64,000 nucleotides of DNA from Candidatus Omnitrophota bacterium (GCA_018826075.1 JAHKAJ010000024.1:4343-68342); one strand, 5' to 3'; shown: positions 48,654-57,951, counted from the stretch's first letter. A program made the numbers and translations. The notes: generated from the sequence alone by a model not told the origin.

Positions 48654-50278
48654 TGATCGACTTTAAAAATTTCCAGCGGCCGCAGCGCTACATCGGAAAT
48701 GAATGGAATGTGGTAAAGAAATCTCATTCGGGGCGAGTTTCTTTTTGTTTTTGCTATCCTGACCTTTACGAGATCGGGATGAGCAACCTTGGCACCCATA
48801 TCGTTTACGGGTTGCTTAATCGTAACCCTGATTTTGTTTGCGAACGCTCATTTATGCCGGCCGAAGACCTGGCGAATTACCTTAAAACTAGTAAAATTCC
48901 TTTATTCTCCTTGGAAACCAAAACTGCTTTGCACGATTTTGAGGTTTTGGGGTTTCATCTGGGTTGCGAACTAAATTTTACCAATGTTTTACACATGTTG
49001 GCTTTGGGCGGCGTTGAGATTTTTTCGGCTGAGCGCAAAGACCTAATCGTCTTGGGGGGCGGGATAGTTAATCCTGAACCTTTGGCTGAATTCATTGATG
49101 TATTCTATTTAGGTGAATTTGAGGAGGTCGCCGACCGGTTTATCGAGATTTTTCATAAATATAAAGATAAATCAGCCCGACTCAAAGCCTTGGCTGAAAC
49201 AGAAGGTTTTTATGTGCCGGCATTTTACCAGGCCAGCCGCCAAGCCGACCAGTATGTTTTTGAGCAAAGATACAGTTATGCCCGGCTGCCCCAAAAACGG
49301 GTAGCAGTTAAAGATTTAAACCGTTCTTTTGTTCCGGAGGCGTGGCTTACTGCCCATACTGAGATTATCCATGACCGGATACCGATTGAGATTGCCCGGG
49401 GTTGCCCTAATGCCTGCAGTTTTTGCCAGGCTAGAGCCGTGTATACTCCTTATCGCCAGCGTCAGACAGCTACGGTCATCAACATTCTCCAAAGGCTTTA
49501 TCAGGGCAGCGGTTCTGAAAATTTTTCGTTTTTAGCGCTTTCAGCTTCGGATCATTCTGAAATAGAAGAGCTTATTGATGCCGGGCTGGATTATTGCCGC
49601 AAGCGACGCATCGGGTTATCGCTGCCATCGTTGCGGGCCAGTGATATAGTCGGCCGGCTTTATAAAAAACTGTCTTCTTTTAGGAAAGCTTCCCTTACTG
49701 TTGCCATTGAGGCAGCCCGGCAGCCGTTGCGAGAAGCCTTGAATAAAAAAATAGATCTTGGGGTTGTTTTTGAAGCGGCAAAAATACTTCAAAGCCTGGG
49801 CTTAAGACAGATAAAAATTTATTTTATGTATGGTTTTCCTCAGGAGACTGATGAAGATTTGTTGGCTATCGGCGAGTTTTTAGATGATTTGTACCGCAGA
49901 AGCCGCCTGAAGTTGAGGGTGAGCCTGAATGTATTTATCCCCAAGCCGTTTTCGCTTTGGCAGGCAAAATCTATATTGCCGGAGGATATTTTGCGTCGCC
50001 GCCAAGACCTGATCCTTAGAAATCTTCCCCGGCAGAGGGGGGTCAGTGTTTCGTTTTCCTCTATTGAACGTAGCCTTTTTGAAGCCCTGGTTTCGCGAGC
50101 CGGCCGGGAGTTCGGAAAGGTTTTATACCTGGCTTATTCCCGGGGTGTTTGTTTTGACGGTTCCCGGGAGAATTTTTCGTTTGGAATTTGGAAGGAATTA
50201 ATGGAGGAAGCCGGCTTTGATTATCGAAGGTGCCTGGAAGAACAAACCGCCAACTTCCCCTGGTCCTTCATCGAGTAA
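48653..50278 (+). CDS. Radical SAM protein (TIGR03960-like)
   Basis: P.RYIGNE.N, YPDLYEIGMSNLG, EIARGCPNACSFCQA, LSLPSLR. Confidence 0.9.
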   Translation: MIDFKNFQRPQRYIGNEWNVVKKSHSGRVSFCFCYPDLYEIGMSNLGTHIVYGLLNRNPDFVCERSFMPAEDLANYLKTSKIPLFSLETKTALHDFEVLGFHLGCELNFTNVLHMLALGGVEIFSAERKDLIVLGGGIVNPEPLAEFIDVFYLGEFEEVADRFIEIFHKYKDKSARLKALAETEGFYVPAFYQASRQADQYVFEQRYSYARLPQKRVAVKDLNRSFVPEAWLTAHTEIIHDRIPIEIARGCPNACSFCQARAVYTPYRQRQTATVINILQRLYQGSGSENFSFLALSASDHSEIEELIDAGLDYCRKRRIGLSLPSLRASDIVGRLYKKLSSFRKASLTVAIEAARQPLREALNKKIDLGVVFEAAKILQSLGLRQIKIYFMYGFPQETDEDLLAIGEFLDDLYRRSRLKLRVSLNVFIPKPFSLWQAKSILPEDILRRRQDLILRNLPRQRGVSVSFSSIERSLFEALVSRAGREFGKVLYLAYSRGVCFDGSRENFSFGIWKELMEEAGFDYRRCLEEQTANFPWSFIE

Positions 50279-50281
50279 AAC

Positions 50282-50593
50282 ATGCAAACTATCAAATTCC
50301 CTATAGCAGTAATTTTACATAAACACGGCGAGATGGTCTATTTTTCCCAGCTTGACCTGATACATATTCTGGAACGGGCTTTACGCCGCAGCGATTTGCC
50401 GCTTTACTTTACTCAAGGATTCAATCCTCACGTAAAGATAAGTTTTAAGAACGGCTTAAAACTCGGCCAGGAAGGCTTTATTGAAGTTATCTTTTATTTT
50501 ACCGAAAATATAGTTTTTTGCCGGCTTAAGGAAATTCTTCAGCCGCAGTTGCCCGAAGGATTGGAAATAATAGATAAGGAGGTCAGCGGGTAA
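50282..50593 (+). CDS. Radical SAM-linked protein (TIGR03936/DUF2344-like)
   Basis: FSQLD....ERALRR..LP..FTQGFNPH.KISF; LPEGL. Confidence 0.88.
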   Translation: MQTIKFPIAVILHKHGEMVYFSQLDLIHILERALRRSDLPLYFTQGFNPHVKISFKNGLKLGQEGFIEVIFYFTENIVFCRLKEILQPQLPEGLEIIDKEVSG

Positions 50594-51062
50594 GGAAAGT
50601 GCTTTTTATACTTTCAGCTTTAAAAAATTCCTTAGTGAATTTTTCAGCCAGTTTATGGTCGTATTTTTGGCAGGAAAAAATATTGATATAGGATTTGCGC
50701 CAGTATTCGGAAAAATGTCCGGTAATCGAACTAGTCTCGATAAACTGCAGAAGAGAATAGCCCTTAGTGAAAGGTTTGTCCAGGCCAAAATAGGGCAGCT
50801 GAACTTTACCGAACTTCTTCATTTTAATCAACTTACAAAGCTCATCTACGTATTGGCTTAGCTTTTTTTTCGAACTCATAACCGCCAGGTCACATCCGGA
50901 AAGGTCAAGAATCAACTCATAACCGAATACATTAGTTTTTTTCTTTAATGGATCGAGTTTGGAAGTGGAGGGAAAAGTAGGGTTACCAGATGGTTCGTTT
51001 GCAAGGCGAACCTCTGGGGAATGCGTTAGCTCGTCAGTCACAGAGTATTTTTCTGGTATCAT
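50583..51062 (-). CDS. Pyruvoyl-dependent SpeD/AdoMetDC-family decarboxylase; start codon uncertain (TTG 51071, ATG 51062 or GTG 51041)
   Basis: GYELILDLSGCD, GYSLLQFIETSSITGHF (self-cleavage region), YINIFSC; about 45-aa Pro/Ser-rich N-terminal extension. Confidence 0.85.
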   Translation of the reverse strand: MIPEKYSVTDELTHSPEVRLANEPSGNPTFPSTSKLDPLKKKTNVFGYELILDLSGCDLAVMSSKKKLSQYVDELCKLIKMKKFGKVQLPYFGLDKPFTKGYSLLQFIETSSITGHFSEYWRKSYINIFSCQKYDHKLAEKFTKEFFKAESIKSTFLTR

Positions 51063-51096
51063 CCCCTTCAAATGTTTTTAAAGTCGTTATTAACAT
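51034..51096 (-). other. Candidate uORF MLITTLKTFEGDDTRKILCD* overlapping the SpeD-like frame
   Basis: First ATG downstream of a TTGCCA-17-TATAAA promoter; ends GAC TGA; the SpeD frame is +1 relative to it. Confidence 0.35.
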
Positions 51097-51118
51097 AATA
51101 ATATCTTTACTAATTAAG

Positions 51119-51147
51119 TTTATATCACAATTTTATTTTCTTGGCAA
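51119..51147 (-). promoter_or_regulatory. Sigma70 promoter of the SpeD-like gene
   Basis: Minus strand TTGCCA (51147-51142), 17-nt spacer ending TGA, TATAAA (51124-51119). Confidence 0.6.
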
Positions 51148-51213
51148 GCCTTTTTTTAAAAATTTTTTAATGAGCAGATAATTTATAAAAATCAAAGATT
51201 TTCATAAATTATA

Positions 51214-51340
51214 GTCCCGCTAACGGCGGGACGCCTGCGAATTAACTCTGGACATTTACTTTGATATTTTTATTTAGGTAAATGTCCAGAGTAAGTTCGG
51301 ACAAACAACTTACGTTCGCTTTGCTCCGTAAGTTGTGTCC
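51214..51340. repeat. Cluster of three consecutive hairpins downstream of the CASDH gene
   Basis: GTCCCGC/GCGGGAC (51214-51232); ACTCTGGACATTTAC/GTAAATGTCCAGAGT (51245-51292); GGACA..CAACTTACG/CGTAAGTTGTGTCC (51299-51340). Confidence 0.8.
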
Positions 51341-51344
51341 TCAC

Positions 51345-52592
51345 TTAGCTTAGTAAGTGAACTGATTCAAAAGTTGCCGGCACTTCGGAAATTTTAGTTT
51401 CCAAACCCAGGGTGTCCAGTAGCTTTATGAATGGATCCGGGTCTAGCTCTTCGACATTGGCCATGGTTTTTACGTCCCAGGTCCCTTGAGCTATCAGCAT
51501 TGCCACGGCGACGGGAGGAACTCCGGCAGTATAACAGATAGCCTGTGACTCTAACTCTTTATAACAGGCGGCATGGTTGCAGATATTATAAATAAAAATG
51601 TCTTTATCTTTACCGTCTTTCTCACCGTGGATCAGGTTTCCAATGCAGGTTTTTCCGGAGTATTTGGGTGCCAGAGAAAGAGGGTCAGGTAAAATGGCCT
51701 TCAAAACTTTTAGCGGCACGACTTCAATGCCTTCGGCGGTTTTTACCGGTTTTTCGGAAGTCAGCCCCAGGTTGGTCAGGACTGAAAAAACATTAATATA
51801 GTGGTCGCTAAAACCCATCCAAAAACGGATGCTATTGGCATCGATATTTTTTGACAGGGAATGAAGCTCATCATGGCCGTTTAAATAGATCGGTTGTTTG
51901 CCGACTACCGGAAAATCGTAGATTCTTTTTATCGAATGAACTTTTTCGCAAACCCATTTACGGTCGATCCAGGCCCAAACTTTTTTAAATTCCCGAAAGT
52001 TTATTTCCGGGTCAAAATTAGTAGCAAAATATTTACCGTGGTTTCCGACATTAACATCCATAATGTCAATAGTATCGATTTTATCAAAGTGATGCTTTAC
52101 CGCTAAAGCGCAATAGGCGTTTACTACTCCCGGGTCAAAGCCTGCGCCTAAAATAGCCGTAATCTTGTTTTCTTTGCAACGATCTTTGCGTTTCCATTCA
52201 TAGTTAGCATACCATGGCGGATCTTCACAAACCTTATTTGGTTCTTCATGAATGGCCGTATCAATATAGGCAGCCCCGGTTTGGATACATGCCTCGAGAA
52301 GAGACATATTCACATAAGATTGCGCAAGATTAAGCACTATTTCAGAGTTAGTTTCCTTGATTAGTTTTATTGTAGCCGGGATATCTAAGGCGTCTATCTG
52401 ACGTGAATATAACTTTTGATTGTTCATTTTTATGTGTTTTTTTCTTTTAACACTTTCAATGATCAGGTCACATTTTTTTTGGGTCCTTGAAGCAAGGCAA
52501 ATATCACCTAGAAGATCATTGTTTTGAGCGCATTTGTGTGCGGCTACATGGGCAACGCCTCCGGCCCCGACAATTAGTATGTTTTTTCTCAT
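51345..52592 (-). CDS. Carboxy(nor)spermidine dehydrogenase (saccharopine dehydrogenase family)
   Basis: GAGGV Rossmann motif, YIDTA, GFDPGVVNAY, ATNFDPEIN, YTAGVP; adjacent to nspC. Confidence 0.92.
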   Translation of the reverse strand: MRKNILIVGAGGVAHVAAHKCAQNNDLLGDICLASRTQKKCDLIIESVKRKKHIKMNNQKLYSRQIDALDIPATIKLIKETNSEIVLNLAQSYVNMSLLEACIQTGAAYIDTAIHEEPNKVCEDPPWYANYEWKRKDRCKENKITAILGAGFDPGVVNAYCALAVKHHFDKIDTIDIMDVNVGNHGKYFATNFDPEINFREFKKVWAWIDRKWVCEKVHSIKRIYDFPVVGKQPIYLNGHDELHSLSKNIDANSIRFWMGFSDHYINVFSVLTNLGLTSEKPVKTAEGIEVVPLKVLKAILPDPLSLAPKYSGKTCIGNLIHGEKDGKDKDIFIYNICNHAACYKELESQAICYTAGVPPVAVAMLIAQGTWDVKTMANVEELDPDPFIKLLDTLGLETKISEVPATFESVHLLS

Positions 52593-52607
52593 CTTTTAAT
52601 ACCCTCC

Positions 52608-53711
52608 TTAGGATAAGCTTTTTAAAAAATCTTCATATTCAAAACAGCGGACAGTATCTATTGTTCCATCCAATCTTTTTACCACGATTGAAGGCATTGG
52701 CAACCCGTTAAACCAGTTCTTTTTTACCATGGTGTAACCGGCAGCATCCTTGATCCGGATGATCGTACCGGTTTTGAGGGGGGATTTAAAGCAGTAAGTC
52801 CCAAAGATATCGCCGGCTAAACAGGAACGGCCGGCAACCATATATTTATAGCGGCCGTCATCCGGCGTTGAGATCTTAGCTTTTGTCTGGTAAACTAAAA
52901 GATCCAGCATATGAGCTTCAGTTGAAGCATCAATCACAGCGATATTGATCTCGTTGCGGACAATATCTAAAACCCGGGTTACTAATTCTGCTGATTGGCT
53001 GACTACGGCTTCACCCGGTTCAAGATAGACTTGAAGTTTAAACCGGCTTGCGAATTCTTTTAATTTTCTGGCGAATTTTTCTATTGGGTAGCCGGGTTTA
53101 GTGAAGTGGATTCCGCCGCCCAGGCTGACCCATTCTAGATTTTTTAGGATGCCGCCGTAATTGCCAGCGATTAAGTCGAGATTACTGGAAAAATTTTCAA
53201 AGTCGTCGTTTTCACAGTTAAAATGAAACATTAAGCCGTTGATCAAACCGGCTGATTTCTTGAGCGATTTTTTATCGGTTACTCCTAATCGGGAGAACCT
53301 TCGGGCCGGGTCAGCCAGTTTGAACCGGGAATAGCTGACCTGAGGATTTACCCTCAAACCCAATTGACGGCCGGGCAAGCTTCTGTAGAACATCTTCAGT
53401 TGTGACAGCGAATTGAAGATGATTTTATCGGCATAGGGTTTGATCTGGTTTATTTCGCCTTTAGAGAAAGCCACGCTGTAGGCATGGACTTCTTTAGCGA
53501 ATTTTTCATAACCCAGGCGGGTTTCATACAGCGAACTGCTGGTTGTCCCATCGAGGTAGTCTTTCATCAAATCAAAAACCGACCAGGTAGAGAAACATTT
53601 TAAAGCCAGGACAAATTTAGCTCCCGAAAGCCGGCCGATCCTGCGGACGATCTTTAGATTTCGCAGGAGCTTTTGTTCATAGATCAGATAATAAGGTGTT
53701 ACTGGGGGCAT
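52608..53711 (-). CDS. nspC: Carboxy(nor)spermidine decarboxylase
   Basis: TPYYL, LALKCF, SRLG, FHFNCE, SLGGG, YLEPGEA, SCLAGD, YTMVKKNWFNG. Confidence 0.95.
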   Translation of the reverse strand: MPPVTPYYLIYEQKLLRNLKIVRRIGRLSGAKFVLALKCFSTWSVFDLMKDYLDGTTSSSLYETRLGYEKFAKEVHAYSVAFSKGEINQIKPYADKIIFNSLSQLKMFYRSLPGRQLGLRVNPQVSYSRFKLADPARRFSRLGVTDKKSLKKSAGLINGLMFHFNCENDDFENFSSNLDLIAGNYGGILKNLEWVSLGGGIHFTKPGYPIEKFARKLKEFASRFKLQVYLEPGEAVVSQSAELVTRVLDIVRNEINIAVIDASTEAHMLDLLVYQTKAKISTPDDGRYKYMVAGRSCLAGDIFGTYCFKSPLKTGTIIRIKDAAGYTMVKKNWFNGLPMPSIVVKRLDGTIDTVRCFEYEDFLKSLS

Positions 53712-53859
53712 AAGTTTGTTTGTTCTCCTGTTTACTAAAATTTCTAACGGGATTTATATTAGCAATATTTGATTATTCTGGCAAGAAAAAAGTTTATTCA
53801 ATAACCTGCTTGTTAACAAAGGGTATTTCTGTTAAAATCTAAACACTACTCAAGAAGCT

Positions 53860-53932
53860 GCCCGCGTAGCTCAGCTGGCAGAGCAGAGCATTCGTAATGC
53901 TCAGGCCGGAGGTTCGACTCCTCTCGCGGGCT
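53860..53932 (+). tRNA. tRNA-Thr(CGT)
   Basis: GCCCGCG/CGCGGGC acceptor, GAGCA-TTCGTAA-TGCTC anticodon arm, GGTTCGAC T-loop. Confidence 0.95.
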
Positions 53933-53944
53933 TAAAATAAATAA

Positions 53945-55213
53945 ATGATCATACCTTATTTTAAACTACTTCTAAAGAGAAATTTTTTTCTGCTTTGTTT
54001 TAGCCAAATAATCTCTCAATTTGGCGATAAATTGACTCAGTTGGCGCTGGTCGGTTTAGTCAGTTCGCTTTTTAAAACTTCTTCTAATATCCACTTGGCG
54101 ATAGTTTTCAGCATGACGATTATCCCGGTGGTCCTTTTTTCACCGATCACCGGAGTCTATGTTGACCGCTGGAGCAAACGTAAAACAATGTATTTTTGTG
54201 ATTTTCTGCGGGCAATAATGATCTTTACTATCCCGCTTTTTTTCCTTAAAACCCATCTTTTTCCGTTTATCTGTTTGATGATATTTTTATCGGCCAGCGC
54301 CGGAAGATTTTTCATTCCGGCCAAAATGGCTTTTTTTCCCCAGCTTATCGAAAAGAAAGAAATATTTCTGGCTAATTCTCTGATCTCGGTAACCGCGACC
54401 AGTGCGGCAATTTTTGGTTTCTTTTTCGGCGGAATAATCGTTGACCGATTAGGATTAGATGCTGTTTTTCGCTTGGATGCAGCCACTTTTTTGATTTCAG
54501 CCTTAGCTATTATTTTTATCACTGCCCGGGAAGAAGATAAGTTTTTCACAAAAAATATCCTAAAAGTTGGAAAAGAAATGGTTGAAGCGGTGAAGAGGTC
54601 ATTTATCCAGGAACTTAAAGAGGGGATCAAATACATACACAGTTCAGATGAAACTAAGTATGCTTTTCGAACTTTCCTATTTCTTTTTTCCTATGTGGGA
54701 GCCCTTTCTACTGCCAGCATAAGATATTTTCAGAAAATTTTGGGCGATTCTTCTTCCAATGTTAGAGAGGTGGGGTTTATCGGGGTGTCCTTAGGGGTAG
54801 GTATTTTTATCGGTTCTTTGATCTACGGGAGGATCGCCCATCGATTTTCAATAAAAAAGATCATTAACTATTCAATACTTATCGCTTCGGGTTTTTTGAT
54901 TTTCTTTACGGTTTCAATTAGAGTAAATCCCGATTCCGGGTATGCGATTTTTCTTTCTTTTATCTTGGGCTTGATTATTTCCCCGATATTTATCGGGATA
55001 AACGCACTTATCCATAAGGAAAGCCAGGCAGATCTTTTAGGAAGAATTTTCGGCAGCCTGGAGTTTATCGGCCACTTGGGCCTTTTAATCTTTATGTTTG
55101 TTTCCTCGCTTTTAGCCGACATCATGACTCCCTTTACAATTATTGTTTCGGTTGGTATAATTGGTTTCCTTTTTTCAATATTTTTTATTTTTTCCGATGA
55201 TCACAGTCATTGA
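53945..55213 (+). CDS. MFS transporter (DHA3/MFS_3-like)
   Basis: SQIISQFGD, G..VDRWSKRK motif A, about 12 TMs. Confidence 0.88.
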   Translation: MIIPYFKLLLKRNFFLLCFSQIISQFGDKLTQLALVGLVSSLFKTSSNIHLAIVFSMTIIPVVLFSPITGVYVDRWSKRKTMYFCDFLRAIMIFTIPLFFLKTHLFPFICLMIFLSASAGRFFIPAKMAFFPQLIEKKEIFLANSLISVTATSAAIFGFFFGGIIVDRLGLDAVFRLDAATFLISALAIIFITAREEDKFFTKNILKVGKEMVEAVKRSFIQELKEGIKYIHSSDETKYAFRTFLFLFSYVGALSTASIRYFQKILGDSSSNVREVGFIGVSLGVGIFIGSLIYGRIAHRFSIKKIINYSILIASGFLIFFTVSIRVNPDSGYAIFLSFILGLIISPIFIGINALIHKESQADLLGRIFGSLEFIGHLGLLIFMFVSSLLADIMTPFTIIVSVGIIGFLFSIFFIFSDDHSH

Positions 55214-56483
55214 CCACAAAGAGCCTCAAAAGGCAAAACCGTCCGAAAAGTTTTTAACCCCGAAAAAACTCTATTTGCCGCTTTCCCAGCATACCGGAAA
55301 GCCTTCAAACCCTTGTGTTAAGATCTCTGACTTAGTCCAGGAGGCGCAGCTGATCGCTAAGGCTGACGGTTATATCTCTTCTAACCTTCATGCTCCGGTT
55401 AGCGGAAAGATTGCTGCCGTTGAGCGGTATAATCATCCGGTTCTTCAAAGCGCCGAAGCAATAGTTTTAGAGCCTAGTGGAACCAATAAAGAATACTTGT
55501 TTTCTGAACCGGCAAAAAGCCTTAAAAAAGAGGAGTTGCTCGAGATCATTGCCCAGGCCGGTATCGTCGGAATGGGCGGCGCGGCTTTTCCTTCTCAGGT
55601 CAAGCTTAAGCCCCCGAAAAAAATCATTACTTTGATCATTAATGGCTGTGAATGTGAGCCTTACTTGACCTGCGATCACCGGTTGATGCTGGAAAATTTA
55701 AAAGAGATATTTTTAGGTATCGAGATAATCTGTCGGATAATCGAGCCAAGTAAGGTGATTTTTGCCATTGAAGAGAATAAGCCCGATGTGATAAAACAGC
55801 TTAATCTATACGTAAATACCAAAAAATTCAATCTACCGGCCCTTGAGACAGTAATCTTACCCCATGAATACCCGCAAGGCTCCGAAAAACAACTTATTTA
55901 CAATACTACCAACCGTAAAGTTCCCGGAGGTAAACTTCCCCTAGATGTCGGCTGTCTGGTGCATAATGTGGCAACTTGTTTTGCTATTTATCAGGCAGTT
56001 TATTATTCAAAACCTTTGATCGAGCGTTTGGTGAGTTTTTGCGGCGAAGCCTTGACCTCGCCTAAAAATATCTGGGTAAAAATAGGGACATCACTGCGTG
56101 AGCTGTTTGAACAGAAGATCCTGGAGTTAGACTGTGAACCGGCGAAAATAATTTCCGGAGGCCCCTTGATGGGGATAGCACTTACCGATCTGGATTACCC
56201 GATTTTAAAATCAACCGGCGGATTTTTATTTTTAAAGCCGTCCCCAGATCCGGTTTCTGAACAACCTTGCTTAAAGTGCGCCCGCTGTGTTGATAATTGT
56301 CCGATGGGCCTTCTGCCCTTAGAATATGTCCGGCAGGTTAAACGCGAAAATTATGAAAGTTTAACCGGCTACAATATCAATGATTGTATTGAATGTGGCT
56401 GCTGCACTTACGGTTGTCCAGCTAAAATATCCCTGGTACATTATATAAAAATCGGAAAAGGTTATGTCCCTAAAAGTAACTAG
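55197..56483 (+). CDS. rnfC: Rnf complex subunit C
   Basis: PLSQH.G, HAPVSG, GIVGMGGAAFP, NGCECEPYLT.D, YPQGSEK, two CxxCxxC..CP motifs. ATG 55197 preferred. Confidence 0.95.
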   Translation: MITVIDHKEPQKAKPSEKFLTPKKLYLPLSQHTGKPSNPCVKISDLVQEAQLIAKADGYISSNLHAPVSGKIAAVERYNHPVLQSAEAIVLEPSGTNKEYLFSEPAKSLKKEELLEIIAQAGIVGMGGAAFPSQVKLKPPKKIITLIINGCECEPYLTCDHRLMLENLKEIFLGIEIICRIIEPSKVIFAIEENKPDVIKQLNLYVNTKKFNLPALETVILPHEYPQGSEKQLIYNTTNRKVPGGKLPLDVGCLVHNVATCFAIYQAVYYSKPLIERLVSFCGEALTSPKNIWVKIGTSLRELFEQKILELDCEPAKIISGGPLMGIALTDLDYPILKSTGGFLFLKPSPDPVSEQPCLKCARCVDNCPMGLLPLEYVRQVKRENYESLTGYNINDCIECGCCTYGCPAKISLVHYIKIGKGYVPKSN

Positions 56484-57390
56484 TTCGCCTCATATTTTTT
56501 CCAGCGTCAATACCCGGCAGTTGATGTTTGGAGTTTTAATCGGGCTTATCCCGGTTGCTTTCGCCTCGTTGTATTTTTTCGGAATCAGAGCTTTGACCCT
56601 TATTTTAAATTGCTTAATAACTTCTCTAATTTCCGAAAGAATTATTTCCTGGTTACGTAAAAAACCTTCTACTCTAAGCGATGGCAGTGCAGTAGTTACC
56701 GGGCTGCTTTTAGCCTTGATTCTGCCGCCGTCTACTGCCTGGTATGCGGCTACCCTGGGTTCAGTATTCGCGATTTTTATCGGTAAACATATCTTTGGAG
56801 GATTGGGTGCTAATATTTTTAACCCGGCTTTGATTGCCCGGGCCTTTCTCATGGCTGCTTACCCTAAGATGCTTACCACTTTTATTAAGCCCCGGACTAT
56901 TGATGCCGTGACCAGCGCAACGCCTTTAGTCTTAAAAAAATTCAGCCAGACTTCGACTGGAATTCGGGATTTATTTTTAGGTAATGTTTCCGGAAGCCTG
57001 GGGGAGACTTCGGCCCTTTGTATTCTTATCGGAAGCGTTTATCTTTTAGCCAGAAAAATTATTGATTGGCGTATACCTTTAAGCCTTATTTTAACGGTGG
57101 CAGTTATTTCCGGAACCGGTGTTCTATTGGATCCGGCCAAAGGCTCGGTTTTATTCCATCTTTTAAGCGGAGGAGTTCTTCTAGGGGCTTTTTTTATGGC
57201 CACTGATCCGGTGACTACTCCGGTTACCAAAAAGGGAAGGTATATTTTTGGAATTGCTTGCGGCTGTCTGATCATGGTAATTCGTTATTTTAGCGGCTTA
57301 CCAGAAGGAGTCATGTATTCAATACTTTTTTTAAATGCTTTTACGCCGTTAATCAACCGTTACACTAAACCAAAACCTTTTGGAAGGTAA
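56464..57390 (+). CDS. rnfD: Rnf complex subunit D
   Basis: SSPHI, FGGLG.NIFNPA, TSATPL (FMN site), GETS, FMATDPVT. Confidence 0.95.
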   Translation: MSLKVTSSPHIFSSVNTRQLMFGVLIGLIPVAFASLYFFGIRALTLILNCLITSLISERIISWLRKKPSTLSDGSAVVTGLLLALILPPSTAWYAATLGSVFAIFIGKHIFGGLGANIFNPALIARAFLMAAYPKMLTTFIKPRTIDAVTSATPLVLKKFSQTSTGIRDLFLGNVSGSLGETSALCILIGSVYLLARKIIDWRIPLSLILTVAVISGTGVLLDPAKGSVLFHLLSGGVLLGAFFMATDPVTTPVTKKGRYIFGIACGCLIMVIRYFSGLPEGVMYSILFLNAFTPLINRYTKPKPFGR

Positions 57391-57393
57391 ATA

Positions 57394-57951
57394 ATGAAAG
57401 AGACGTTAAGGATTATTGGAGTGTTGACTTCGGTTTGTCTGGTTTGTGCGTTTTTACTGGCTTTGGTCTATAGCCGGGCAGCTGAAAAAATCGAAGTCAA
57501 TCAGAATCAACGTTTGAAAACTGCCATTGCTAATTTGGCTCCCGGAGCGGAAAAGGTTGAGGAAGTTTCGCTTGGAGATTCAACTATTTTTAAACTTAGC
57601 GACAAAAAACAAAAGCTGATCGGTTATGCCTTTTTAGCTCAAGGCCAGGGTTATCAGGATAAAATAGCCATTTTGGCGGTGATTGATGTTTCCTTCGGGA
57701 AATTGTCGGGAATCGAGATCCTGGAGTCATCGGAAACTCCCGGTTTAGGCGGTAAAATCCAGGAAACAGATTTTTTAAAACAGTTTAAACAGCTTCCAGT
57801 AAACAATGGCCTTGAGTGTGTAAAAACTGAAGCCCAGGCTGACGGCCAGATCAAGGCTATTACCGGAGCAACGGTTTCTTCCCGGGCAGTTGTTGATACC
57901 ATAAATAAAAAACTGGTGGTTTTAAAATCGGAGATCAAAAATTTAAAATGA
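57394..57951 (+). CDS. rnfG: Rnf complex subunit G
   Basis: ETPGLG, AITGATVSS FMN-binding motif. Confidence 0.93.
   Translation: MKETLRIIGVLTSVCLVCAFLLALVYSRAAEKIEVNQNQRLKTAIANLAPGAEKVEEVSLGDSTIFKLSDKKQKLIGYAFLAQGQGYQDKIAILAVIDVSFGKLSGIEILESSETPGLGGKIQETDFLKQFKQLPVNNGLECVKTEAQADGQIKAITGATVSSRAVVDTINKKLVVLKSEIKNLK

Noticed and set aside
50960-50975. GTGGAGGGA resembling part of a SAM-I riboswitch
   Set aside because: It is on the strand antisense to the SpeD-like gene, and the other SAM-I elements (ATC..GAG, GGCAACC, GTGC) are missing.
51018-51037. CTGACGAG on the minus strand resembling a hammerhead ribozyme core
   Set aside because: The required GAAA after stem II is absent (ATTC follows).
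50583-53932. Polyamine cluster as an island integrated at tRNA-Thr
   Set aside because: It lies on the 5' side of the tRNA, and no duplicated tRNA 3' end or integrase is visible.
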